Assembly: GCA_052279835.1 (NCBI GenBank)
Contig: CP181291.1
Coordinates: forward strand, 5,376,001 to 5,440,000
Length of the DNA stretch: 64,000 nt
DNA from: Microcoleus sp.
Lineage (GTDB): Bacteria; Cyanobacteriota; Cyanobacteriia; Cyanobacteriales; Microcoleaceae
Direction of reading: 5' to 3'
This document shows positions 10,093 through 19,669 of this stretch, piece by piece; position 1 is the stretch's first letter, and the number at the start of each line of letters is the position of its first letter. The position numbers and the translations under genes were made by a program. The notes beneath the pieces were generated by a model that did no database searches, was not told the DNA's origin, and saw only the letters and a program-made list of their open reading frames with translations.

Positions 10093-10875
10093 ATGTTAAT
10101 TGCACCCGCTGCGGAATCGGAAAACGCTCAGTACAAGGTACATTCAGAGGCGGAATCGTCGGCCCAAATGACTGTATTTTGCGATTTAGACGGACCGATC
10201 GTCGATGTATCCGATCGCTACTACACCACATATAAACAGGGATTAGCAGACACTCAGGCGGTGTATCTGATCCGGGGCATCAACCTCAACCTGGAAATAC
10301 TCAGCAAACAGCAGTTTTGGCAAATGAAGCAAAATCGGGTGCCGGATACTGAAATTGCCAAAAGTTCGGGTTTGAGTGGAGAAGAAATTGCAGTTTTTCT
10401 CGGATGCGTCAGTCGCATTGTCAATCAGCCGGACTTGTTGCACTTAGATCGTATCCAGCCGGGAGTGCAATGGGCGATCGCCCTGCTTCATTCTCGTGGT
10501 GTCAGACTGGTATTAGTGACTTTGCGGCCAAAAAAGCAAGCCGTTCAAATTTTACAGAACTACGGTTTAGCCAGACTGTTTACGAGTATTTGCGGAACTC
10601 AGATGGCCGATGCAGCTTATCACAACTATACTGCCTTAAAAACCGAATTATTGGCTGAAGTTGCCGAAGAATTTCAGTCATCTCTAGGTAGTGCTTGGAT
10701 GATCGGAGATACCGAAGCAGATATCCTGGCAGGACAAGCATTGGGAATACCGACAATTGCCGTTACCTGTGGCATTCGCAGTCGTCATCAACTACAACAA
10801 TACCAGCCCAGTTTTATCCTCAGCGACTTGATTATTGCCGTTCATCACTTATTAGGTTCCAGAGGGCGGGTTTAA
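10093..10875 (+). CDS. HAD family hydrolase
   Basis: FCDLDGPI motif I and MIGDTEADI motif IV. Confidence 0.88.
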   Translation: MLIAPAAESENAQYKVHSEAESSAQMTVFCDLDGPIVDVSDRYYTTYKQGLADTQAVYLIRGINLNLEILSKQQFWQMKQNRVPDTEIAKSSGLSGEEIAVFLGCVSRIVNQPDLLHLDRIQPGVQWAIALLHSRGVRLVLVTLRPKKQAVQILQNYGLARLFTSICGTQMADAAYHNYTALKTELLAEVAEEFQSSLGSAWMIGDTEADILAGQALGIPTIAVTCGIRSRHQLQQYQPSFILSDLIIAVHHLLGSRGRV

Positions 10876-11016
10876 GCGCAACTGATATCTCAGGCTGCAA
10901 CAGCGACGATTTTTTCTCCTCAACCGGGTTTTTTGCGTCCAGGAATGTTGATAAAACCCCGATTTATTAAATAAATCGGGGTTTTGGAGATTTTATTTTT
11001 TTTAGCCGTTGTTCAC

Positions 11017-11583
11017 TTAAGATTTTTCTAAATTCCTGGTCATTTCCCACAAACGATTCAGGGGAAAATAAAGCACGGGAGCCCAGAGACTGCTGAGAAT
11101 AGCAGAACACAACGCAATTCGTTGATGATCCATCCAAATTTCCATTAAAGCCCGATCGCCCATGGCAAAAAATTGAATCCCCATCACCGTTTCCGCCAAC
11201 AAAGCCATCCCAAACACAATTAAGGCGATCGGAATCGGATCTCTCTCCACAATATCCGCCGGAATCGACCAAGTTTTCAGCAAAACAACCGTGAGTACCG
11301 CTACAATCACCAAACTCACAGCGTGGCTGGGATGAGGAGCAGTCATCCCATCTTGCAAAAATCCCAAAACCAGCCCCATACAGGCAGCGCCCCAAATTGT
11401 GCGTTTCCGCTTAATACTCCAAGCTACCACCCACATTAACAGCCAGTTTGGACTAATACCCAACAGTTCCATTCCCGGCATACGGGTGGGCAAAATTAGC
11501 AAACACAGAAGCACAGAAGTAAAAGTGACGGTGAAGTTAAGGAATTGACGCGATCGCGAAGACATCCGACGTAAAGACTTCAT
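11017..11583 (-). CDS. mreD: Rod shape-determining protein MreD
   Basis: Hydrophobic membrane protein with PNWLLMWVVAWS; third gene of mreBCD. Confidence 0.92.
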   Translation of the reverse strand: MKSLRRMSSRSRQFLNFTVTFTSVLLCLLILPTRMPGMELLGISPNWLLMWVVAWSIKRKRTIWGAACMGLVLGFLQDGMTAPHPSHAVSLVIVAVLTVVLLKTWSIPADIVERDPIPIALIVFGMALLAETVMGIQFFAMGDRALMEIWMDHQRIALCSAILSSLWAPVLYFPLNRLWEMTRNLEKS

Positions 11584-12395
11584 TTTTTCTCAACTCCCCC
11601 TTGCGGTGTAGAAGTTGGAGATTCCGAAGCATTTGGGTCTGGTTTCTCTGTTTCCTTAGAATGAGGATACACCACCGCCCACTCCAGAGAATTTATCGGT
11701 GCAGAAAACTCAATCGTAGCTTCAGGAGCCGGAGTTTTATTCATATCCACCGAAACCACTTTTCCCACCGGCAAACTAGCAGGAAACAACTGACTAAAAG
11801 AAGAAGTTGAAACCACATCCCCAGGTTTAACATTAGGAACATTATCAAAAAATTCCATCACAGCTTTATTTTTTCCCTTACCCCGCAGAAAACCCATATG
11901 GCGAGTCCGAGTAACTGCCACACCTAATTGACTCGTAGGGTCACTGATTAAAAGTACCAAGCTAGTATTAGGAGTAACGCTGACAACCCGACCGACCAAG
12001 CCACCTGGACCCATCACAGTAAAATCAGTTTTAATACCATCATTACTGCCCCTACCCAAAGTGACCTGTTGCCACCAATGGTCGGCACTACGGCCAATAA
12101 TAGGAGCTACGACCCCTTTCTTTTTCTGACCAGAAACATAGTTTAAAAGCTCTTTTAGTTTCTGGTTTTGAGTTTCTAATTCTAATAACTGTGCTTGCAA
12201 TTCCTGAGTGCGGGCCAAGATTAACTGTTCTTGCCCAGAGCCGTTGGCATGAAAGGGGCGAGTCACAAAATTGTAGACTTCAAACATTGCCGTACCTTGT
12301 GTTTGCCGAACTCCCCAAGCAGCAGTTACAGCTAAACCTAAAAGTGCAATTGGCAATCGCAGATCCCACCACCTGCGGAGTGTGTTTTTTAGCAT
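11580..12395 (-). CDS. mreC: Rod shape-determining protein MreC
   Basis: TM plus coiled coil, then GLVGRV...LISDP and FPASLPVGKV. Confidence 0.95.
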   Translation of the reverse strand: MLKNTLRRWWDLRLPIALLGLAVTAAWGVRQTQGTAMFEVYNFVTRPFHANGSGQEQLILARTQELQAQLLELETQNQKLKELLNYVSGQKKKGVVAPIIGRSADHWWQQVTLGRGSNDGIKTDFTVMGPGGLVGRVVSVTPNTSLVLLISDPTSQLGVAVTRTRHMGFLRGKGKNKAVMEFFDNVPNVKPGDVVSTSSFSQLFPASLPVGKVVSVDMNKTPAPEATIEFSAPINSLEWAVVYPHSKETEKPDPNASESPTSTPQGGVEKK

Positions 12396-12487
12396 AATTT
12401 CAAACTTTAAAATTGTTTTGTCAGGATTTTAGAGTTTAGATGGCAGCCAAATTCCTAAATCCAAAATCCCAAATTTGTTAACTACAA

Positions 12488-13522
12488 TTACCGCGACTGC
12501 CCGCTAAAGACCCGTTCCAACATTTTGTTTTCCAATACCCGACCAGCTCCCAAAACCACGCAGCACAGAGGGTCTGCTGCAACGTGAGTCACAATTCCTG
12601 TTTCGTGACTGATCAGAGTATCTAAACCTTTCATCAGAGCCCCACCGCCGGCCAGCATAATTCCCCTGTCAATAATATCTGCCGCTAATTCCGGGGGTGT
12701 CCGCTCCAAAGTACGCTTCACAGCTTCCACAATTACTGAAAGCGGTTCCGACATACTTTCGCGAATTTCAGGACCTTTAATGGTAACAGTTCGTGGCAAA
12801 CCAGACAGTAAGTGCAAACCGCGCACTTCCATCACCACTTCGTTATCCTCAGCCGTTGGATATGCTGAACCCACCTGAATTTTAATTTCTTCAGCAGTAC
12901 GTTCGCCGATGACCAAATTGTGAACTTTTTTGACGTATTGGATAATCGCCTCGTTGAGTTCATCACCGGCAACCCGGACTGACTCGCTGATGACGGTACC
13001 TTGCAAACTCAAAACTGCAACTTCCGTCGTGCCCCCGCCGATGTCTATAATCATATTGCCCGTCGCCTCGCTTACAGGCAATCCGGCTCCGATCGCTGCT
13101 GCGATGGGTTCGTCAATTAAGCGGACCTCGCTAGCACCAGCTTGAGTTGCCGCTTCAATCACCGCCCGCCTCTCGACACCAGTGACACCGCTGGGGATGC
13201 CAATAATGATCCGAGGCTGAGATAAAGTTTTACCACGAACCCGACCAATAAAAGTCTTGAGCATGAGTTCCGCCGTATCGAAGTCAGCAATCACTCCATC
13301 GCGGAGTGGCCGGACAGCGATCACATTCCCAGGCGTGCGCCCAAGCATTTTTTTCGCCTCTTCGCCCACAGCCAACGGTATTTTCAGGTCTTGATCGATC
13401 GCAACTACAGAAGGTTCTTGGAGAACTATACCTTTGCCAGATACATAAACGAGCGTGTTAGCAGTACCGAGGTCGATACCCATATCGTTTCTAGATAAGG
13501 AAAATCGATTGAGAAGACCCAC
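12488..13522 (-). CDS. mreB: Rod shape-determining protein MreB
   Basis: GIDLGTANT and DIGGGTTEVAV actin-like motifs; GTG start at 13522 preferred. Confidence 0.97.
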   Translation of the reverse strand: MGLLNRFSLSRNDMGIDLGTANTLVYVSGKGIVLQEPSVVAIDQDLKIPLAVGEEAKKMLGRTPGNVIAVRPLRDGVIADFDTAELMLKTFIGRVRGKTLSQPRIIIGIPSGVTGVERRAVIEAATQAGASEVRLIDEPIAAAIGAGLPVSEATGNMIIDIGGGTTEVAVLSLQGTVISESVRVAGDELNEAIIQYVKKVHNLVIGERTAEEIKIQVGSAYPTAEDNEVVMEVRGLHLLSGLPRTVTIKGPEIRESMSEPLSVIVEAVKRTLERTPPELAADIIDRGIMLAGGGALMKGLDTLISHETGIVTHVAADPLCCVVLGAGRVLENKMLERVFSGQSR

Positions 13523-13893
13523 TGATTTGTACCCCCCCAAACTAAAATACTATTGTGTGCAATAATGTTGTTACAAAAGTGTAACCGAGGTGGATTCTAT
13601 TACGTTTTTCATCCACAGTCTAGTCAAAGCTGTACATTGGTTGCACTTAGACTCCCTAGTTCCACTATACGGTTGAGTGAGCGTAGTCGAAGGACATCAA
13701 CCACTCTGTTACCGCTACCGTCACCATCAATGTGTTCTGGTAAGTGGGTGTAAAATCAGGATGAAGCTGGTATCAGTGCTGTTCCCATTGCAATGCCCTG
13801 GGCTGTTTGGATGTAAGTACAGAGATAACGGGTAACAGATATAAGATTTTGACTAAAGTACAGTATGGATAGACCTCATTCCTGAAAAATTTT

Positions 13894-14256
13894 ATGAGCA
13901 TTAATGTTGTAACTTTGGTCGGCCGCGTCGGTGGCGACCCGGACGTGAAATATTTTGAATCGGGTACAGTTAAGTGCAGTTTAACTCTGGCAGTGAGACG
14001 GCGATCGCGCAACCCAGACGAACAAACAGACTGGTTCAATCTGGAAATCTGGGGCAAAACAGCCCAGATTGCTGCTGACTATGTTCGCAAAGGCTCTTTA
14101 ATTGGAGTTACAGGCTCTTTAAAGTTCGATCGCTGGCAGGATCGTAATAGCGGAGCAAATCGCTCCAAACCCGTAATTAGGGTAGACCAGTTAGACCTCC
14201 TGGGTTCCAAACGCGACAACGAGTCCAGTATGTCGCAAAACAACAGCGAATTCTAG
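13894..14256 (+). CDS. ssb: Single-stranded DNA-binding protein
   Basis: INVVTLVGRVGGDP...TDWFNLEIWGK OB fold; C-terminal EF. Confidence 0.96.
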   Translation: MSINVVTLVGRVGGDPDVKYFESGTVKCSLTLAVRRRSRNPDEQTDWFNLEIWGKTAQIAADYVRKGSLIGVTGSLKFDRWQDRNSGANRSKPVIRVDQLDLLGSKRDNESSMSQNNSEF

Positions 14257-14303
14257 TATTTGGCGGATGTGGGTAGTAAAATTTGGGGATTGGGTGGAAT
14301 CAG

Positions 14304-14831
14304 GTGACTTCAGAAAAGCTAGAAATTGTTCAGAATGAATACCAAACTGGCAAAGTCGCCTTTGAGAGTGGTCGATATGCTCAAGCTGTCAAAAGTTTGG
14401 AAACAGCCAGAGGTTTAGTCGATCGCGGTTCCCGTCTAGGTGGCGAAGTGCAAATGTGGCTAGTGACAGCCTACGAAGCCTCTGGTAACACAGAAGAGGC
14501 GATCGGCCTTTGCCGCCAACTCACCCGCCATCCGCGCCCAGAAACCCGCCAACAAGCCAAACGGCTGCTATTTATTCTCGAAGCACCCAAACTCACCATC
14601 CCTCCCGAATGGATGGTAAAAATTCCCGATCTCGCCGCACTAGAAGAAAATCCATCTTCAAACTTTCAAGTAGGGCCTGGGGTATCCTTCGTCAAGCCTG
14701 CGACTCCCAAACGAAATGTCATAGAAGAACCTGTAGATTTAAGTCAGGTGAATACGCAAGATAATCGATTTATTTGGGTGGCATTAATCGCCATATTTTT
14801 AATTTTAGGCGGCTTGTTTATTAGTTATTAA
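14304..14831 (+). CDS. Conserved TPR-like protein with C-terminal TM anchor
   Basis: Helical TPR-like N-terminus, LEAPKL..PEW motif, hydrophobic C-terminus; GTG 14304 or TTG 14283 start. Confidence 0.75.
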   Translation: MTSEKLEIVQNEYQTGKVAFESGRYAQAVKSLETARGLVDRGSRLGGEVQMWLVTAYEASGNTEEAIGLCRQLTRHPRPETRQQAKRLLFILEAPKLTIPPEWMVKIPDLAALEENPSSNFQVGPGVSFVKPATPKRNVIEEPVDLSQVNTQDNRFIWVALIAIFLILGGLFISY

Positions 14832-14883
14832 GCAGTTGAGTTATTGTGGCACAGGCATCTTGCCTGTTCAAAACAGGATTTTA

Positions 14884-14986
14884 TATAGCAATCCTAAATC
14901 ATTTGTGAATTTCTTACTCCCTCCCCTTGCTAAGGGGAGGGTTGGGGTGGGGTAAAAATATTTATGACTCATTTAGGATTGCTATA
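14884..14986. repeat. MITE-like element with 16-bp TIR TATAGCAATCCTAAAT
   Basis: Perfect TIR TATAGCAATCCTAAAT / ATTTAGGATTGCTATA; nested in another repeat (ACAGGCATCTTGCCTGTTC...AGTGCAAGAT, seen without the insert at about 34359-34393). Confidence 0.85.
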
Positions 14987-15103
14987 TAGTGCAAGATGTG
15001 AGTTATAATAGGATTTAAAAAGCTCCACATCTCGATCGCGGGCGATCGCAACCAACTGTGGCTTATTCGCAGGTTCAAGCCAACATCTACAATCTAAAAT
15101 CCG

Positions 15104-16462
15104 ATGACTTCACTCCCACCCAACCGCGCCAAAACACTCAAAGAAGCTTACCGCGCTTGCGATGTCAAGCCTCTAACGGGCGATGATATTGCGCGATATT
15201 ATGTGGATTTGTCCGCAGTACGCAACACAGTGGCGATCGAAAATGTTAGCACGGATTTGGATCTTCAAGAACCGGGAGAATTTAACACAATTTTGTTTAC
15301 CGGACATCGGGGATGCGGCAAAAGTACAGAGTTAAAACGCATTCAGTCGCGATGGGAAAATGAATATCGGGTGATTTATATAGAATTCGATCAGGAACTA
15401 GATGTTCTTGATGCTGAATATACCGATTTATATTTGCTAGTTATCAAAAAAGTAGCTGATGAGTTAACTGAATTAGGATTGAAGTTTGATCCAAAACTAT
15501 TACATAGTTTTGAATTGTGGTTTAAAGAAGTCACTAAAGAAACAGAAGAAACTGTTCAATCTTCTGTTAGCATCGAAACTGAAGCAAGTGCAGGGGCAGA
15601 AATCCCCTTTATTTCTAAGCTGATGGCAAAATTGATCGGTCAAATCCGAGGTTCTAGTCAACACAAACAAGTTATTCGCGAAACTCTTCAGCGCAATCTA
15701 TCCCGCTTGCAAACAGATATGAATCTGTTGTTAAAAGATGCTTTTGACAAGCTGATACGCAAATATCCAGGCTGTTATCAAAAAGGATTTTTACTGATTG
15801 TTGATAACTTAGACCGCATTACTCCAAGAGTTGCCAATCATTTGTTTTTTGATTATGCTCCTCAACTGCAAGAACTAGACTGTACAATTATCTATACAGT
15901 GCCGATTTCGGTAATTTATTCATATAAAAATGTCGGCAATTTATTTGATAGCAATCCCAACATCGTGCCAATGGTGAATATTTATGAATTTAACCGCAGT
16001 GAGTGCGATTTAAATTGCAATCAGGAAAGATTAGATGGAGTTGCCAGTTTGATCGAGAAACGAGTTGATGTTAGTGCGGTATTTGACGATCGAAAACAGT
16101 TGCTAGATTTGGCAAAAGCCAGTGGCGGTCATGTGCGACAATTGATGCAGATAACTCGATCGGCTTGTCGCACGGCCATTACTCGCAAACACAATAAAGT
16201 TTTGGCTGAAGATGTAACTTACGCTTTGAACCAACAGCAATTTGATTTTGAAAGGTCTACTCCTACGGCAGAATATTACACCATATTAGCGCAAGTTTGC
16301 ATCAATAAAGATATTAATAAAGATGAAATCGGACAAAATTTATTATTCAATCTTTCCGTCTTGGAATACAACGGCAATAGTCGGTGGAATTATGTCAACC
16401 CACTCGTAAAACAAAGTTATGCTTTCCAACAAGCCCTTAGATCAATTCAAGGAAATCCCTGA
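15104..16462 (+). CDS. P-loop NTPase (STAND/KAP-like AAA ATPase)
   Basis: Walker A GHRGCGKST, Walker B LLIVDNLDR, SGGHVRQL helical motif. Confidence 0.88.
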   Translation: MTSLPPNRAKTLKEAYRACDVKPLTGDDIARYYVDLSAVRNTVAIENVSTDLDLQEPGEFNTILFTGHRGCGKSTELKRIQSRWENEYRVIYIEFDQELDVLDAEYTDLYLLVIKKVADELTELGLKFDPKLLHSFELWFKEVTKETEETVQSSVSIETEASAGAEIPFISKLMAKLIGQIRGSSQHKQVIRETLQRNLSRLQTDMNLLLKDAFDKLIRKYPGCYQKGFLLIVDNLDRITPRVANHLFFDYAPQLQELDCTIIYTVPISVIYSYKNVGNLFDSNPNIVPMVNIYEFNRSECDLNCNQERLDGVASLIEKRVDVSAVFDDRKQLLDLAKASGGHVRQLMQITRSACRTAITRKHNKVLAEDVTYALNQQQFDFERSTPTAEYYTILAQVCINKDINKDEIGQNLLFNLSVLEYNGNSRWNYVNPLVKQSYAFQQALRSIQGNP

Positions 16463-18497
16463 AATATACGGACAAAGGATTGTTGAACTCAATCAAGAAT
16501 CTTTTGACCAATTGCTGACGTTTGTCGATATTGTTGCCGACGATGCCTTTGATTTGGGATTTATCCAAAGTAATTTTACGAAGGATAGAGATGCGATTAT
16601 CCAAGCTTTAATTAATCATCCCGATTGTCAAGAGATGCAGTTTGAGATTTGGGATTTTCCCGATCCTGAGATGCGCTTTTTGATGGATGAAATTCTGAAG
16701 GTTTTGCCAACAGTCAAGGTTCAACCAGACAAAAAGTTGATTCTGATTGTGCGGGGAGTGGAAAATGCGATCGGGATGACGGGGGAATATCCGCCGATGT
16801 TGGTTGATTTTAATTGGGTGCGAGATGCTTATCCGGTTATGGTACGGCATCCAATGATTTTTTGTTTGCCAGATTATGCGATTACGCGAGTTGCTAATTA
16901 TGCGCCGGATTTTTGGGCATGGAATTCGGGAACTTTTGTGTTCAAAACTCCGGCAAATACTAGAGATGATGCGATTTCTCAAACTCTGGATGCTAGCAAA
17001 GGGATTAGCAATTGCGAGGTTCCAGAAAAGCAGGAACGAATTGATTTATTAAAACGGTTATTGATGGAATATACTCCATCAAATGGGCGCGAGGAAACTC
17101 ACGAGGATTTGAAAACTCGCATCAGAGTTTTGAATAATTTGGCGATTGCTTATCGCACCCGGAGTGAATACTCGACAGCAAAATACTATCTAGAACAAGC
17201 GTTAGATTTGGCGAAGGATGATGATGAAGATTTCATATCTTTAAAGGCAACCACTTTGCATGAATTAGGATGGATTGAGGATGATTGGGGAAACAAAAAA
17301 GAGGCGATCGCATTTTATCAACAATCTCTCCAACTTAAGGAAAAAATTGGCGATGTTCAAGGGAAAGCTGCTACTTTGCACTGTCTAGCCATAATCTATG
17401 CAAATCAAGGAGAAGTAGAACAGGCGATCGCATTTTATCAACAATCTCTCGAAATTTACGAAAAAATTGGCGATGTTCAAGGGAAAGCAGCTACTTTGCA
17501 CCAACTAGCAGGAATCTATGCAAATCAAGGAGAAGTAGAACAGGCGATCGCATTTTATCAACAATCTCTCGAAATTTACGAAAAAATTGGCGATGTTCAA
17601 GGGAAAGCAGCTACTTTGCACCAACTAGCAGGAATCTATGCAAATCAAGGAGAAGTAGAACAGGCGATCGCATTTTATCAACAATCTCTCGAACTTAAGG
17701 AAAAAATTGGCGATGTTCAAGGGAAAGCAGCTACTTTGCACCAACTAGCCATAATCTATGCAAATCAAGGAGAAGTAGAACAGGCGATCGCATTTTATCA
17801 ACAATCTCTCGCAATTTACGAAAAAATTGGCGATGTTCAAGGGAAAGCAGCTACTTTGCACTGTCTAGCCATAATCTATGCAAATCAAGGAGAAGTAGAA
17901 CAGGCGATCGCATTTTATCAACAATCTCTCGAACTTGAGGAAAAAATTGGCAATGTTCAAGGGAAAGCTGCTACTTTGCACTGTCTAGCCATAATCTATG
18001 CAAATCAAGGAGAAGTAGAACAGGCGATCGCATTTTATCAACAATCTCTCCAACTTAAGGAAAAAATTGGCGATGTTCAAGGGAAAGCTGCTACTTTGCA
18101 CTGTCTAGCCATAATCTATGCGAATCAAGGAGAAGTAGAACAGGCGATCGCATTTTATCAACAATCTCTCGCAATTTACGAAAAAATTGGCGATGTTCAA
18201 GGGAAAGCAGCTACTTTGCACTGTCTAGCCATAATCTATGCAAATCAAGGAGAAGTAGAACAGGCGATCGCATTTTATCAACAATCTCTCCAACTTAAGG
18301 AAAAAATTGGCGATGTTCAAGGGAAAGCTGCTACTTTTGCAATGCTGGGACAGTTGTTAGCAGATGAGAAGGGAGATTTTGAGTTAGCTTTGAATTATTT
18401 ACAGCAATCTTTGGCGATTTTACAGCGTTTGCGATCGCCTGACGCGGAGACAGTCAGGGAAATTATTGCTAGAGTTCAGCAGATGGCTGGGGATTGA
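16419..18497 (+). CDS. TPR-repeat protein with an N-terminal degenerate NTPase-like domain
   Basis: N-terminal ~200 aa with LILIVRGVE, NWVRDAY and APDFWAW but no Walker A; then TPRs; overlaps the ATPase gene by 44 nt. Confidence 0.88.
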   Translation: MLSNKPLDQFKEIPEIYGQRIVELNQESFDQLLTFVDIVADDAFDLGFIQSNFTKDRDAIIQALINHPDCQEMQFEIWDFPDPEMRFLMDEILKVLPTVKVQPDKKLILIVRGVENAIGMTGEYPPMLVDFNWVRDAYPVMVRHPMIFCLPDYAITRVANYAPDFWAWNSGTFVFKTPANTRDDAISQTLDASKGISNCEVPEKQERIDLLKRLLMEYTPSNGREETHEDLKTRIRVLNNLAIAYRTRSEYSTAKYYLEQALDLAKDDDEDFISLKATTLHELGWIEDDWGNKKEAIAFYQQSLQLKEKIGDVQGKAATLHCLAIIYANQGEVEQAIAFYQQSLEIYEKIGDVQGKAATLHQLAGIYANQGEVEQAIAFYQQSLEIYEKIGDVQGKAATLHQLAGIYANQGEVEQAIAFYQQSLELKEKIGDVQGKAATLHQLAIIYANQGEVEQAIAFYQQSLAIYEKIGDVQGKAATLHCLAIIYANQGEVEQAIAFYQQSLELEEKIGNVQGKAATLHCLAIIYANQGEVEQAIAFYQQSLQLKEKIGDVQGKAATLHCLAIIYANQGEVEQAIAFYQQSLAIYEKIGDVQGKAATLHCLAIIYANQGEVEQAIAFYQQSLQLKEKIGDVQGKAATFAMLGQLLADEKGDFELALNYLQQSLAILQRLRSPDAETVREIIARVQQMAGD
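17302..18337 (+). repeat. Coding tandem repeat, 120-nt unit x ~8.6 (40-aa TPR unit)
   Basis: Units start at 17302, 17422, ... 18262; near-identical at DNA level; each contains HIP1 GCGATCGC. Confidence 0.97.
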
Positions 18498-18504
18498 TGG
18501 ATGC

Positions 18505-18595
18505 ACTTTGACTCAAGAAACCGGGTTTTTCGCAGTTTTTGGGCGGTGTATCGATGTTATTGGAAAAAACCCGGTTTCTGGCCACGCCCAAAATC
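18505..18595. repeat. Palindromic dispersed repeat (AGAAACCGGGTTTTT...AAAAACCCGGTTTCT), left direct copy
   Basis: 84/91 identical by eye to 19540-19630; related ends near 10922-10985, 37126 and 51610. Confidence 0.88.
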
Positions 18596-18696
18596 TAATA
18601 AACCGGGTTCTCAGCAGTTTTTTGGTGTGTATTGATGTTGTCTGAAGGTCAGTCAGACCTGCAATGTTACAATTAAAAAAACGTTAGGCTAAAAAA

Positions 18697-19062
18697 ATGG
18701 AGGTTGGCTCGCCCATGATTGAGTTGCAATCAGATTTAGAGTATGTGATGACCGATCGCTTAAAAGTCTCTCTAGATGCGATCGCCCAATTTTGCCAGCG
18801 CTGGAACATTGTCGAATTTGCCTTGTTTGGCTCAGTGCTCCGGGATGATTTTCGTTCTGATAGTGATGTGGATGTACTGGTGACATATGAGCCATCACAT
18901 CGCCTCACGTTTTCTCATTTATTGAGTATGGAGGAGGAGATCGAGGATTTATTTCACCGTTCTGTGGATTTGGTAGAAAAAAAATTGTTAAAAAATCCCT
19001 ATCTACGATCGAACATTTTGAAAACCTATCGAGTGATTTATGCAAACGGGCGATCGAGATAG
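18697..19062 (+). CDS. MNT (minimal nucleotidyltransferase) antitoxin, MntA-like
   Basis: GS-x10-DVD motif (GSVLRDDFRSDSDVD); start may be a later Met. Confidence 0.92.
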   Translation: MEVGSPMIELQSDLEYVMTDRLKVSLDAIAQFCQRWNIVEFALFGSVLRDDFRSDSDVDVLVTYEPSHRLTFSHLLSMEEEIEDLFHRSVDLVEKKLLKNPYLRSNILKTYRVIYANGRSR

Positions 19063-19396
19063 TGCTTCACTTTGGGATATGGCGCAAGCAATCCGTCGGA
19101 TTCAAGAGTTTACGGCGGATGCTTCATGCGACACTTATCTTGAAAATGTTTTTATGCAAAGTGCCGTAGAGCGACAGTTGGGGATTTTGGGGGAGGCCGC
19201 TCGGAGAGTTTCTATGGAGTTTCAGCAGTTCCATCCCGAAATTGATTGGCGAAATGCGATTAACTTACGAAATATTTTGGTTCATCGTTATGACCAAGTA
19301 AGCTCGGAAGTTATTTGGAATATTGTTACGAGTGTTTTGCCTAGTTTACTGGTACAAGTAGAGGCATTATTGCCACCGTTACCTGATGATAGTTGA
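19040..19396 (+). CDS. HEPN/DUF86 RNase toxin, HepT-like
   Basis: R-x4-H-x-Y motif RNILVHRY; overlaps the MNT gene. Confidence 0.92.
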   Translation: MQTGDRDSASLWDMAQAIRRIQEFTADASCDTYLENVFMQSAVERQLGILGEAARRVSMEFQQFHPEIDWRNAINLRNILVHRYDQVSSEVIWNIVTSVLPSLLVQVEALLPPLPDDS

Positions 19397-19539
19397 TCGA
19401 TCGCACAAACACAGAATGCGCGATCGTCTTCTACAGTTGACCATTTAAATCGTTCGCTTCGATTTAAAGCGAACGGCTACGCTCAGGGCACCGCAGTTGA
19501 CAGAGGTCGTGCGAGGTTTTACCCGGTTTCTGGCCACGG

Positions 19540-19630
19540 ACTTCGACTCAAGAAACCGGGTTTTTCGCAGTTTTTGGGTGGGGTATCGATATTCTCGGAA
19601 AAAACCCGGTTTCTGGCCACACCCAAAATC
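19540..19630. repeat. Palindromic dispersed repeat, right direct copy
   Basis: Direct repeat of 18505-18595; partial extra copy at 19521-19539. Confidence 0.88.
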
Positions 19631-19669
19631 GCTAAAATAGAACAAAGACCAACCACAAAGGCGATTATT

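Noticed and set aside
17302..18337. CRISPR array or DGR template/variable repeat
   Set aside because: Units are contiguous in-frame coding repeats with no unique spacers; differences are not restricted to adenines; the only RT in the window is a typical group II intron protein
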